From: Candidatus Spongiisociaceae bacterium
GTDB lineage: Bacteria; Actinomycetota; Acidimicrobiia; Spongiisociales; Spongiisociaceae
Length of the DNA: 64,000 nt
Direction: 5' to 3'
NCBI GenBank assembly: GCA_965262915.1
Contig: OZ253564.1
Coordinates: 416,001 to 480,000 of the forward strand
Shown here piece by piece: positions 50,568-60,551 of the stretch. The notes below the pieces were generated by a model. It was not told the DNA's origin. It saw only the letters and a list, made by a program, of their open reading frames with translations, and made no database searches. The position numbers and the translations under genes are program-made. Each line of letters opens with the position of its first letter. Within the stretch, counting starts at the first letter, position 1.

Positions 50568-51799
50568 TCAAGTCGGTGATGGGGCCGGTTGGTGGGTTAG
50601 GAGCCAGGTCTGGTATTGGCTGGCGAGTTGGTGGTTGTGGTCTCGGCCGCGTTCGAGTGCGGAGATGCGGCTGGGGTGGGTTCCGAGCTGTTGGGCGGCC
50701 TGGGTGACGGTGATGTTGGCGTGTTGACGTCGGCGGCGGAGCCGGGCGCAGTTCGGGGTTGGTGGCGGGTTGGTCAGCAGTCGGTAGATCTGTGGGGCGA
50801 TGTGCCGCTTGAGGCAGCGGATGATCTCTTTTCGGTTCTTTGCTTCCCCCTGGCGCCGTGCCACGTATTGGTTGGTGGCTGCGTCGTGGCGTATCCGGGT
50901 GGTAGCGCATCGGCCAGAGCGCGTTGTTGGCTTGGCGGTTACCTCCCCGGTTGAGACGATGCCGGATGGTCTGTCCCGATGATGCCTGGACGGGGCTGGC
51001 GCCACACAGCGCGGCGAAGGACCGTTCTGATTTCATACGCTGGGGGTTGTCGCCGGCTGCGACTAGCAGGGCGGCTGCTGTGTCAGGGCCCACACCTTTG
51101 GCGGCTAACAGAGCCGGGTTAGCCTCGGCGCAGAGGCGACGGATCTCGATCTTGAGTTCTGCGATTTCTGTGTCGAGGGCTTGGTATCGGCGGGCCAGGT
51201 AGCGTAGAGCCATCTTCGGCGTACGCGGTCGTGGTCTGTGCTTGGCGGGGACGCCAGCGGGCACAGACCCGAACCCGGGCCTTGAGCTTGAGACCTCTGA
51301 GCTGGCGTTTTACCTGTTCAGGTGCAGTAACGGCCACAGAATGGATCTGGTTAGCGGCCTGGGTGCGGGCCTTGGTAGCGGAGCGGCGGGCCATCAACAA
51401 CATCCGTATGCACTCAACGGGGCCGTCACCAGATTTGGGAACTGCGGTAGCTTGCCCCGAGGCCGCTGCCCGAGCTGCCGCCTCGGCGTCGACGCTGTCG
51501 GTCTTGCCGCCCCGCTGGCGGCGTAGCTGCCGGTTCGGCCGGTTCACTTCTACCACCTCGATGCCCGCCGCCATCAGATAGCGGGCTAGGCCGGCGCCGT
51601 AGCTGCCGGTGCCCTCCACTCCTACCCGGAGCAGGTGCCCGTGGGTTCCGAACCACCTGGTCATCTGCTCATATCCGACCGGATCAGCCCCGAACGGAGC
51701 GGTTCCCAGCACTCGACCGGCGTTGTCGACCACCGCCGCAACATGGGTATCACGATGGGTATCAACCCCACCGAACACAACCCGACCATCTTCTTCCAT
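50568..51799 (-). pseudogene. IS110 recombinase with two frameshifts and a C-terminal XRE-like HTH
   Basis: GVDTH, GVEGTG, KTDSVDA (DEDD); GVGP, ASSG, GNRQAN; tail ITVTQAAQQLGTHPSRISALERG; spread over three frames. Confidence 0.88.
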
Positions 51800-51849
51800 G
51801 ACGCCTTCCTCCTCTGTGGGATAGAATCACTTCCTAATCCTCGGACCCG

Positions 51850-52015
51850 GAAGGCGGTTGGACAGACCACTCACGGTGGAGAACTCGAAGGCTCCTATTA
51901 GGTCACATCCGCCCCGGGTCAGGGGGTTACGCCCTAGGCCGGGAACAGGCCGACAGATCGATGAAAAGGCACAAGGCCAGATTTCAGTTGGGTCAGACCC
52001 GTCCCAGCCCAGGAA
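51850..52015 (-). ncRNA. Putative IS110 bridge RNA
   Basis: Two internal-loop stem-loops carrying ACUGAAAUC/UCAUCGAU (match target) and AUAGGAGC/UGAGUGG (match donor junction). Confidence 0.75.
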
Positions 52016-52036
52016 CCTTCTAAGTATGAGTGGATT

Positions 52037-53338
52037 TCAGTGGGGAGTGACGGTGGCGAGGAGGTCCCAGTTGGGTTTCCCCGCGTAGAGGAGTGCCCGG
52101 ATTCGGTAGTTCGCGAAGTTGGGTAACCCGAACGCGATGCGTTTGATCCGCTTTATGAGGTTGTTGAGGGCTTCGGTGGGTCCGTTGGTTACCTTCGAGA
52201 TGTGCCAGTTGGTGATCTGGGGGGTCCAGCGGGCGATGGTACGTCCGAGCTTGTTGATCTCGGGTGGGCAGGATTCGTCCTGGAGGTCGTCTGCGAGCTG
52301 GAGGGTGTATTGGAGAGCGAGGGCGGGGCTGTCGATCTTGTAGATGCCTCTCACGGTTTCCTTCGCGTGCCAGGCTGTGCGCACTTCGCCGTGGGGGTCA
52401 CCAGCGTCGAGGAGTCCGCGCAGGCGGGTTTGGCCGCGGTCGCTGATCTTGTCGTGGGCGGCGGTGAGGAGGCGCCGTATCCCATAGAGTGGGTCTCCTT
52501 TCCGGCCTCTGTGTCCGAGGGTTTCGTTTTGGACTCTTCTGCGTACTTCGTCGAGACGCTGGTTGGCGAGGCGGCTGACACCGAACGGGTCCGCTACCCC
52601 GGGGGCGTGGGGCAGCACCCTGTCATACGCCTTCCGATACGAACCGGACATGACCCGACACCGCCCAGCGGATAGCCTCACACCATTCGGTGGGCTGCGC
52701 CCGGAACCAGGCTGCGGCGCTTTCTGCCGTTCTACCAGGGACTATGTCGATCAGCTGGTGGCCCCCAACGTCGACGACAGAGGTGCACCAGACTTTGGTG
52801 CGCCACCGGCCTTTCCGCCAGAACAACGCTTCTTGTCGATGCCCACAGCTCCGACCTCGCCTATCCGATCGGTGTCGGCTTCCAACAGGGCTTCGCCCCA
52901 GCGGACGACCTCGTTGTTCACCGTATGCCAATCACAACCCAACTCCGCGGCGACCTCGTCGACCGAACGGCCCCGCCCACCCACCTGGACGGTCACCCAC
53001 CGCGCCGCTCGGGATGTCAACAACGCCCGTTCGGGACCAATCGTGGGGTCTTGTTCGATGAACGACCTGAGCGCACAGTCCGGATTCGGACACGTCCAGC
53101 GCCGTTTCCTCCACCGCAGCCGCACAGGCCGACTGAACGCCGGTAAATCCACCAACACCACACTCCGATAGCCCTTCGACCACACCGACCCGCCACATGC
53201 CACACACAACGGGCGGGCCTTGCGGGACCCGATCACCACCTCAAGAGGTGCACCCTCGCCCGGGTCGTTGATCCCCACCAGATCAACCTCACCTAGGCCT
53301 ACCAACTTCTCGCACATGCGCGTAGGATCAGCTTCCAC
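52037..53338 (-). pseudogene. ISL3 transposase, frameshifted
   Basis: Near-identical to 58782-60080 but broken near GIDE and near WAVLDM. Confidence 0.9.
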
Positions 53339-53864
53339 AGGGGTCCTCCTGCCTCGGATGTCATTACCAACACCCGATTATGGAGGACCCCTCCTCACTT
53401 CTGGTGGATTCCAACTCCCCCTGGCAGATCCCCTACTCCCCACTCATTTCCGAAGAGCCCGATTATGCAGGCGGTTCGGGTAGCCTCCACACCTGTGAAC
53501 CCCGTCGAATATCTCCAGTAAGACCGATACCGTGGTCGAAGTCTTGGCCCTCCCGCACCGTGTCCCCACCCTCGGGCCCAGCCGTCGCACAGTTCCTAGC
53601 CGCCAAACCCCTGTCCGCCAACGGGTCACGCGGACTCAAATCAGGGTCCCACGTCAGAACGAAGCGCCGCTCAGCTCCACGGACACGCTTCCCTGTCGTT
53701 GGTTGCGTTCTCACGGCACGACGAGGCTACTCATCCCTGGCTAACCGAGGCGGGTCGAGCCAATCGCTGGGAGGTTGTTGCGGCTTGGTCGTGCTTCAAC
53801 CGCTTCTCATAGGCGCCGAAGGCGCTTGGCGGCCCGCTCGACTATGACGCCACCTGTCTGCTGC

Positions 53865-55166
53865 TCACTCGAAGAGGGTGTGTGGCGGCCAGACTGCGAG
53901 GCACCATCTCGTTCCGCGATCGCCAGGCAGTGCGGGATAGTCGTCGGTGGCCCGTTCGCTCATCCGAAAGCAGAGGTCGCGAGGCTCGTTGGCAACGATT
54001 GCAAACCCCCGAATGTCGACTAAGCATGCTCGATCAAAGTTCATGGCCGTGATCTTGTAGTCGTCGATCCGGTACGCCCCGTAGATTTCCTTGGCACGCT
54101 TGGCTGCTTGTCCCTTGGACTCGCAGCCACGCAGTGCCTCCGGAATGAACGGCGTGATGAGTTCCCAACGCCCATGGCGCCACGCCTCAAGGAAGGCGGA
54201 GGCGGCAGCAGCGGCAGGATGGGATGCGAACTCCGGTGCAGCGGGATCGAGGGTCCATGGGACGAATTCGTCGCTGTGCTTCCGAAATCGACGGTTCCGG
54301 CTGAGCTGCTCAAGTGACTCTGTGAACGTCGGCCCTGGCTCCTCGGGGACGGCTGCCTTCTTCGTGGCCTGTGCCCAGTCGACCACTGAGTAGAGCAAGT
54401 TCCATGCCTTTGTGGCGACGACCACGTTGTCGAAGTTGACGACTGATCCGTGAACGATCCCATGGCGGTAGACATCGTGGACCTCTTCGTCGATGCGCTT
54501 CTTAATGGACTTGGTGAATGTCTTCATGACGTGGGTGAGGCCCATGTGATGGCCGACAATGCTGTCCCAAGCGGTCATGTCGTCTGGATCACGGGCGGCA
54601 AGCCCCTTCCGTGCGCCGGGATCCAAGTCGTTGACATAGCCGTCCATCACCGCGATGAGTTGAAGGACACAGCTGTTGAAGTGGCCCGCCTCGTAGTGCT
54701 CCAGGGCGCGCTCTACCTGATGCAGGCGCTCGCGGAGGCCGTCCTGAGAGCGGAACCCGATCATCCGCCACTTAGTCGTCTCGCTGTCGCGATACAGGTC
54801 GATCAAGCGGGATTCGGCGGCTTCAACGCTTGAGGTCTCGCTGAGCAGCGCTTCGATCTTGTCAAGGCTTAGGTAGTCGTGGAAGATCCAGTTGCGAGGG
54901 CCCAGCCGTTCGTAGAAGTCATCCACCAGCTCGGTCAACCGCAGCATCTTGCGCTCGATTTCGATTAGGTGCTTCCGTTGGTCCCTGGCGATCACCCGCG
55001 TGAGTAGCTTCATGCCCTGTAGCTGCGTCTCCATCTGTCGGAAGCTCGGGATGTCACGCGCCGAGCCGTAGGGCTTGGTCGGTGTTCGATTGAGGGTCCC
55101 GCGGTGGCCATAGAACGATTCTACCGAACAGATGTTCGCGCGCAAATAGGTGAGATTCAACGGCAA
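53865..55166 (-). CDS. Hypothetical protein with HEPN-like RxxxxH motif (start uncertain)
   Basis: RALEHY..SCVLQLIAVMDG helix followed by YRHGIVHG. Confidence 0.65.
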   Translation of the reverse strand: MPLNLTYLRANICSVESFYGHRGTLNRTPTKPYGSARDIPSFRQMETQLQGMKLLTRVIARDQRKHLIEIERKMLRLTELVDDFYERLGPRNWIFHDYLSLDKIEALLSETSSVEAAESRLIDLYRDSETTKWRMIGFRSQDGLRERLHQVERALEHYEAGHFNSCVLQLIAVMDGYVNDLDPGARKGLAARDPDDMTAWDSIVGHHMGLTHVMKTFTKSIKKRIDEEVHDVYRHGIVHGSVVNFDNVVVATKAWNLLYSVVDWAQATKKAAVPEEPGPTFTESLEQLSRNRRFRKHSDEFVPWTLDPAAPEFASHPAAAAASAFLEAWRHGRWELITPFIPEALRGCESKGQAAKRAKEIYGAYRIDDYKITAMNFDRACLVDIRGFAIVANEPRDLCFRMSERATDDYPALPGDRGTRWCLAVWPPHTLFE

Positions 55167-55199
55167 GATGCCTTGGGATTGCAGGCTCTTTGTGCATGG

Positions 55200-55806
55200 G
55201 CTGCCGCCTATTCGCGCGCGCTCTTAGCCTGAATCCACCGATTCATGTTCCGAAAACCAATCCTGACCACGGCGATCTCCGGGATCCACCACTCACAGGA
55301 AGTTGCTCCTCTTCTCAGGACCGAACTATCCTTACCAATAGCTATCGCCGCAGATCAGGAGGTATTTCCACCATATCTCCATGTCCGCTGCGCGCTCCCC
55401 ATCGGTGGATTCAGGCTTAGTCGGAGCGAGGCGCACGAGGTTCGGCTCCAGCAGCATTCGCACTTCATACACCTCGGCTAGCAATTATGGCGCAACGCTA
55501 CTCCGCTGAAAGGCAGAGAAGACCAGGGGTCTCCCTGAGATCCCATTGATCCTCGGGAAGCACCGCGGCCGCCATTCCCTGCCGAACCCTGATAAGCCCC
55601 GAGCTCTCCAGTTGCTGGATGGCTTCGCGCATCACGGTCTTGCTGACACCGAACCGCTCCACCAGCTCATCGGCAGGCGGTGGGGATCTGTCATTGAGTA
55701 TTACCTCTGAAACCACGTCCAGGGCAACAGCCGCGGCGACTGGATCGCGCATCTTGGTACGTGGTACCGCCTCTATCGGCCGGGTACTCAGGCTCACAGC
55801 TGCCAA
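55200..55806 (-). pseudogene. GntR/FadR regulator pseudogene (longer copy)
   Basis: Same HTH as 46555-46863; out-of-frame EVYEVRMLLEPNLVRLA (FCD start) follows; 3' limit approximate. Confidence 0.7.
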
Positions 55807-56014
55807 TCTGGCACCTGGGTCATGTACCCTCCGTTGGCAGTGCCTGTCACAGCGTATCAGTCATATGATCGTCTACAGTAAGGTCATATTGTCTTAATGT
55901 CACCGTGTTGTGCAGGTTCCACTCAATCTCAAGTGGAGCCCGTTCTCCCATGTCCATTATGATGCAGACCTGGATCGTTTGCTTGAGGCGCCGGAGCAAG
56001 CCATGGTTGTCGTG
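55468..56014 (+). repeat. 547-bp direct repeat, copy 2
   Basis: Matches 46525-47071. Confidence 0.92.
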
Positions 56015-56169
56015 CTGAGTAGACGCGGTTAAATCCTCGCCTGGAAGCCTCGACTGGGATGGAAAGAGGTTAGATGAGTCGACCGAGGCCCTACGAACGA
56101 CATCTCTTCCGGCTGGGCTTGTTGGTGGTCGCCTCGACGTTCGTGACCACTCGCCTGAGTTAGCAGGTA

Positions 56170-57118
56170 TCACCGCAAAGAGGTATCGAAGTGGTCTGCT
56201 GTCATCCGGGCTACTGCTTCTACCCCGGGCCTCGTGTACACCGCCAAAGTACGAAGATCACGGTGGCTGCTCTTGGCCTGCAACATCACCGCGGAGGCTC
56301 CCGCCTCGGCCAGATGCGTCAACGACGAGTGGCACAGCTGGTGCAAAGTCCACCCACCGGAATGCCGGCGGAACTCCGCCGTGGCTGTCCGGTACGAGAG
56401 GCGTGCCTGGGGCCGGTCCGCTCATACAGATCACGGGCCGGTGGGACGGTGCGGGACCGCCACCGGGTCAAAAACAGGGGACCTTCCGTACGGTCAGCCA
56501 AATAGCGGCCCAACAGGTGGGTGGTAGGCGCCGCCCACACCACCATATCTGTGCTGCCACCCTTCGAGCGGATACGGGCCCGCCGTCTCGCCCGGTCCAA
56601 GTCCCCCACATCGAGGGCCAGCACTTCCGACGCTCGAGCGGCTGTTTCGTACAGCATCCGCCACAACGTCTTCTCCCGCAAAGGCACCGTCCGCCGGCGC
56701 ATAGGTCCTTGAGGTCCCCCACCGGGAGCGCCCGGGTGTTGTCCACCGACCGGCGGCGTGGCTCCACCCCGGCCAGCGGATCGCCGGCCAGGGGCCACCG
56801 CTCACCACACCAGGAGGCGAAAGCCCGCACCGCGGTGCGTCGGGTGTTCCACGTCGCCGCCGCACGCCCAGCCCACAACTCCTCGAAGACGGCCGCCACC
56901 CGGCCCGGGTAAAGGTCGGTGACCGGACAGTCACCACCCACCGCTTCGACGAGAGGATCGAGGGTCTGGCGGTAAGTACGACAAGTCGCCGCAGCCAGAT
57001 CACGGACGGCGAAGAACGCCTCCACCGCCCCCACCACAGACGGCACATGACACACCGGATGATCCGACTCCGAACCCGATGACGCCTTGGGTGGAGGGAA
57101 GTAGACGACACGGCCCAT
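56170..57118 (-). pseudogene. Tyrosine recombinase/integrase, frameshifted
   Basis: AAATWNTRR; LWRMLYETAARASEVL, SKGG; third frame TLHQLRHS..SSHRDLRTLAVY. Confidence 0.88.
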
Positions 57119-57663
57119 AGCCCCGAGTATCGCCCACCGGTGTGACACAGCCCGGTAAATGCCCCACAACCCCCAAGAAATGGGAGAACCCCGAACCTGC
57201 GGAGGTAGGGGGTTCCCATGGGGTGTGGGTACCCGGAACTCTAACCGACGGCGCCCGGCCCTGTCCACCCCTTGTCCCGGCGACCGTGTCCGAGGGCCGG
57301 ATCATGCGGTATTTCACATATTCCGCAGGGTTCACGCAGTTTCTGGTTTCGCGTGGTGCCTGGTCACAGTGTTTCGGGTGGTGCGGGTATTGCACATATC
57401 CGTCCCATACCTGCAACACTCCTGCCGGTGCTGTCAGTCTTTCAGCACAGGATGGGCTCTAGACCACCCTTACACAACGTTAAGTGGACCCGTTTAGAGG
57501 GAGTATCCTCTGTTTTGGGGTGTGCACCGCTATGATTGTCCCCGTTGTTCAGCCGTATTGTCAAAATATACAGCCTCAATGTCCCTACCATTACCATCAC
57601 CTCACTACGCATAGACGTGAGTGATAGACGCAACGTAACCGGCAACTGAAAGGAGCCTTTACG

Positions 57664-58683
57664 ATGAACAGAGCGATCATATTCATCATCTTTGCGGTGG
57701 TGACCCTCATCATATTCATCATGTACAGGGGTGCCAAGAAGGGAGCAAAGAACACCAGCAACCCAATATCGATGCAGCGTTCGTTCCAAGAGAGCGAACG
57801 GTATCTACGCATCGCCACCACCATAGGTGTAGTGATTACACTGGTGTTGGGGTTCATCTCCACCATCACCCTTATAGATGCCAATACAGCAGGCGTGGAG
57901 GTCCTATTTGGCAAGCCCAGGGCTACACATACGGAAGGGTTGCATTTCAAACATCCGTTGGCCAGTGTGACTCAGGTACCTGGCCTACAGCAGGAGACTA
58001 CATATAGCAACACTGTAGGTGAGGGTGATAAGGATGGCCCAGACGCTATTGAGGCCATCACCGCTGACAACGCTGTAGTGGACGTGGACGCCAGCATCTT
58101 GTGGTCACTAGATCTACAAGGTCAAGCACCCATATTTATCTACCGTGAATACAGAGAGCTGAGTCAGGTAAGGCAGCGTCTGATTAGACCTGTCACCCGG
58201 AATATAATCCGCAATTGCATAGCTAGGTATGCCTTTGAAGAGGCACGGACTAGCGACCGTGAGGCCATAAGTAATTGCTCACGAGCCGGCATCATCGCTG
58301 AAGTAGCCAACTTTGGTGTCATTGTGCGTGATGTCCAGATCCGCAATATGAGCGCAAGGTCTGCGGATTTGCAGGCTGGGATTGATCGCAAGCTGCAGGC
58401 TGAGCAGGCTGCCCGTGAGGCTGAGTTCCGGCGGGACCAGGCTGCCATTGACGCCGAGACTGCCCGTATACATGCCGAGGGTATAGCCAACGCTGAGATA
58501 GAACGGGCCAAGGGTATTGCCGAGGCGAACCGACTAGTGGACGAATCGCTCACACCCACGCTCCTCAGCTACCGTGGTCTGGAGTTCCTATCCAACGCTG
58601 GCAACACCACGTGGATCATAGGTGATAGAGTCACCATACCTGAGCTGGTCATTCCCGTAGGGGATGACATTACACAGCCGTAA
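57664..58683 (+). CDS. SPFH/band 7/prohibitin family membrane protein
   Basis: AAGGAG RBS; two N-terminal TMs; GVEVLFGK..EGLHFKHP; Ala/Glu coiled coil; markedly lower GC. Confidence 0.9.
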   Translation: MNRAIIFIIFAVVTLIIFIMYRGAKKGAKNTSNPISMQRSFQESERYLRIATTIGVVITLVLGFISTITLIDANTAGVEVLFGKPRATHTEGLHFKHPLASVTQVPGLQQETTYSNTVGEGDKDGPDAIEAITADNAVVDVDASILWSLDLQGQAPIFIYREYRELSQVRQRLIRPVTRNIIRNCIARYAFEEARTSDREAISNCSRAGIIAEVANFGVIVRDVQIRNMSARSADLQAGIDRKLQAEQAAREAEFRRDQAAIDAETARIHAEGIANAEIERAKGIAEANRLVDESLTPTLLSYRGLEFLSNAGNTTWIIGDRVTIPELVIPVGDDITQP

Positions 58684-58768
58684 CAAGCAAGCCTCCCTCC
58701 CGGACCCTAGAGATACGGCGGGCATTTACAGACGGAACCTCCATAGTACGGAAGCTCCATAGTAATGC

Positions 58769-60202
58769 GGCTCATCGGATTTCAGTGGGGAGTGACGGTG
58801 GCGAGGAGGTCCCAGTTGGGTTTCCCGGCGTAGAGAAGGGCGCGGATTCGGTAGTTCGCGAAGTTGCGGAACCCGAACGCGATGCGTTTGATCCGCTTTA
58901 TGAGGTTGTTGAGGGCTTCGGTGGGTCCGTTGGTTACCTTCGAGATGTGCCAGTTGGTGATCTGGGGGGTCCAGCGGGCGATGGTGCGACCGAGCTTGTT
59001 GATCTCGGGTGGGCAGGATTCGTGTTGGAGGTCGTCTGCGAGCTGGAGGGTGTATCGGAGAGCAAGGACCGGACTTTCGATCCCGTAGATGCCTCGTACC
59101 GTTTCCTTCGCGTGCCAGGCTGTGCGTACCTCCCCGTAGGGGTCACCGGCATCCAAAAGACCACGCAGCCGTGTTTGACCGCGGTCGCTGATCCTCTCGT
59201 GGGCGGCGGTGAGGAGGCGGCGTATCCGATACAGCGGGTCATCCTTGCGGCCTCGATGCCCGAGGGTTTCGTTCTGGGTGCGGCGTCGTACTTCGTCGAG
59301 TCGCTGGTTGGCGAGGCGGATGACGTGGAAGGGGTCTGCTACCTGGAGAGCGTTCGGGAGCACCCGGTTATACGCCTTCCGGTAAGGACCGGACATGTCC
59401 AACACCGCCCAGCGGATCCCGTCGAGCCACTCGGGGGGTTGGGATCGGAACCACGAAGCTGCGCTATCAGCCGTTCTACCAGGGACTATGTCGATCAGCT
59501 GGTGGCCTCCCACGTCGACGACAGAGGTGCACCAAACCTTGGTGCGCCACCGGCCTTTCCGCCAGAACAGCGTCTCGTCGATGCCCACAGCTTGGACCTC
59601 GCCTATCCGATCGGTGTCGGCCCCCAGGAGGGCTTCGCCCCAGCGGACGACCTCGTTGTTAACCGTATGCCAATCACAACCCAGCTCTGCGGCGACCTCG
59701 TCGACCGAACGGCCCCGCCCACCCACCTGGATGGTCACCCACCGGGCCGCTCGGGATGTCAACAACGCCCGTTGGGGACCAATCGTGGGGTCTTGTTCGA
59801 TGAACGATCTGATCTCACAGTCGGGGTTCGGGCACGTCCAGCGGCGTTTCCGCCACCGCAGCCGAACCGGACGGCCGAACGCCGGTAGATCCACCAACAC
59901 AACCGTTCTGTGACCCTTGGACCACACCGGGCCGCCACAGGACTCACACAACGGGCGGGGCTTGCGGGAACGGATCACCACCCCAAGCGGTGCACCCTCG
60001 CCCGAGTCGTTGATCCCTACCAGATCAACGTCGCCCAGGCCTACCAACAACTCGCACATGCGCGTAGGATCAGCTTCCACAGGGGTCCTCCTGCCTCGGA
60101 TGTCTTTTCTCAGCACCCGATTATGGAGGACCCCCCATCACTTCTGGTGGATTACCACTCCCCCTGGCAGATCCCCGACTCCCCACTCATTTCCGAAGAG
60201 CC
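58769..60202 (-). mobile_element. ISL3-family element copy 2 (intact, 1434 bp)
   Basis: IRs GGCTCATCGGATTTCAGTGGGG / CCCCACTCATTTCCGAAGAGCC; 8-bp TSD AGTAATGC. Confidence 0.95.
58782..60080 (-). CDS. ISL3-family transposase
   Basis: Zn finger CESCG..CPNPDC, GIDE, DM..Y, DPFHV, TNGPTEALNNLIK..GFRNFANY. Confidence 0.95.
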   Translation of the reverse strand: MEADPTRMCELLVGLGDVDLVGINDSGEGAPLGVVIRSRKPRPLCESCGGPVWSKGHRTVVLVDLPAFGRPVRLRWRKRRWTCPNPDCEIRSFIEQDPTIGPQRALLTSRAARWVTIQVGGRGRSVDEVAAELGCDWHTVNNEVVRWGEALLGADTDRIGEVQAVGIDETLFWRKGRWRTKVWCTSVVDVGGHQLIDIVPGRTADSAASWFRSQPPEWLDGIRWAVLDMSGPYRKAYNRVLPNALQVADPFHVIRLANQRLDEVRRRTQNETLGHRGRKDDPLYRIRRLLTAAHERISDRGQTRLRGLLDAGDPYGEVRTAWHAKETVRGIYGIESPVLALRYTLQLADDLQHESCPPEINKLGRTIARWTPQITNWHISKVTNGPTEALNNLIKRIKRIAFGFRNFANYRIRALLYAGKPNWDLLATVTPH

Positions 60203-60271
60203 AGTAATGCGTCCTAGGTCATCTATTAGGTCTTTAGGTTGGAGACAGAAAGTGTGAAAAGCGAGTACGTG

Positions 60272-60300
60272 TGCGGGTTCAACTCCCGCAGGAGGCACCA
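60272..60300 (+). other. tRNA-like 3' end (T-arm, acceptor strand, CCA)
   Basis: GCGGG-TTCAACT-CCCGC-AGGAGGC-A-CCA. Confidence 0.6.
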
Positions 60301-60551
60301 AGGGGTCTTCGCGTGTTATGGGCTGTTGAGTTCGCGGGTTATGGGTGTTGGTGGGGGTTCTGGCCTGTTTCAGGGGTCTTAGAGCCGGTTTCGGCGGTGT
60401 TCGGTGTGGTTGTGGCGCCGGTTATGGGTGCTGGTGGTTTTGGTGGCTGGTTCTGGACGCGTCTGGTTCGACGGGTGCGTTCCCGTCAAAGATGAGCGGT
60501 AGGGGGTTGGTTTATGGGGGTGCGCGGGTGGGGGCGCTAGCCTGCGGTTTC

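Larger units (their letters stand above)
50553..52031 (-). mobile_element. IS110-family element
   Basis: DEDD recombinase gene, ~230-nt upstream non-coding end, no TSD; interrupts the ISL3 IR. Confidence 0.9.
50544..53459 (-). mobile_element. ISL3-family element copy 1, with IS110 nested in its downstream IR
   Basis: Ends GGCTCATC (50544) and GAAGAGCC (53459); 8-bp TSD CGATTATG at 50536-50543 and 53460-53467. Confidence 0.92.

Noticed and set aside
57160-57192. GGGGTTCTC-type transposon end upstream of the dead recombinase
   Set aside because: No convincing partner IR or target duplication was found in the window.
60211-60300. Intact tRNA gene
   Set aside because: Only the T-arm, acceptor 3' strand and CCA are recognisable; no D-arm or anticodon arm at canonical spacing.
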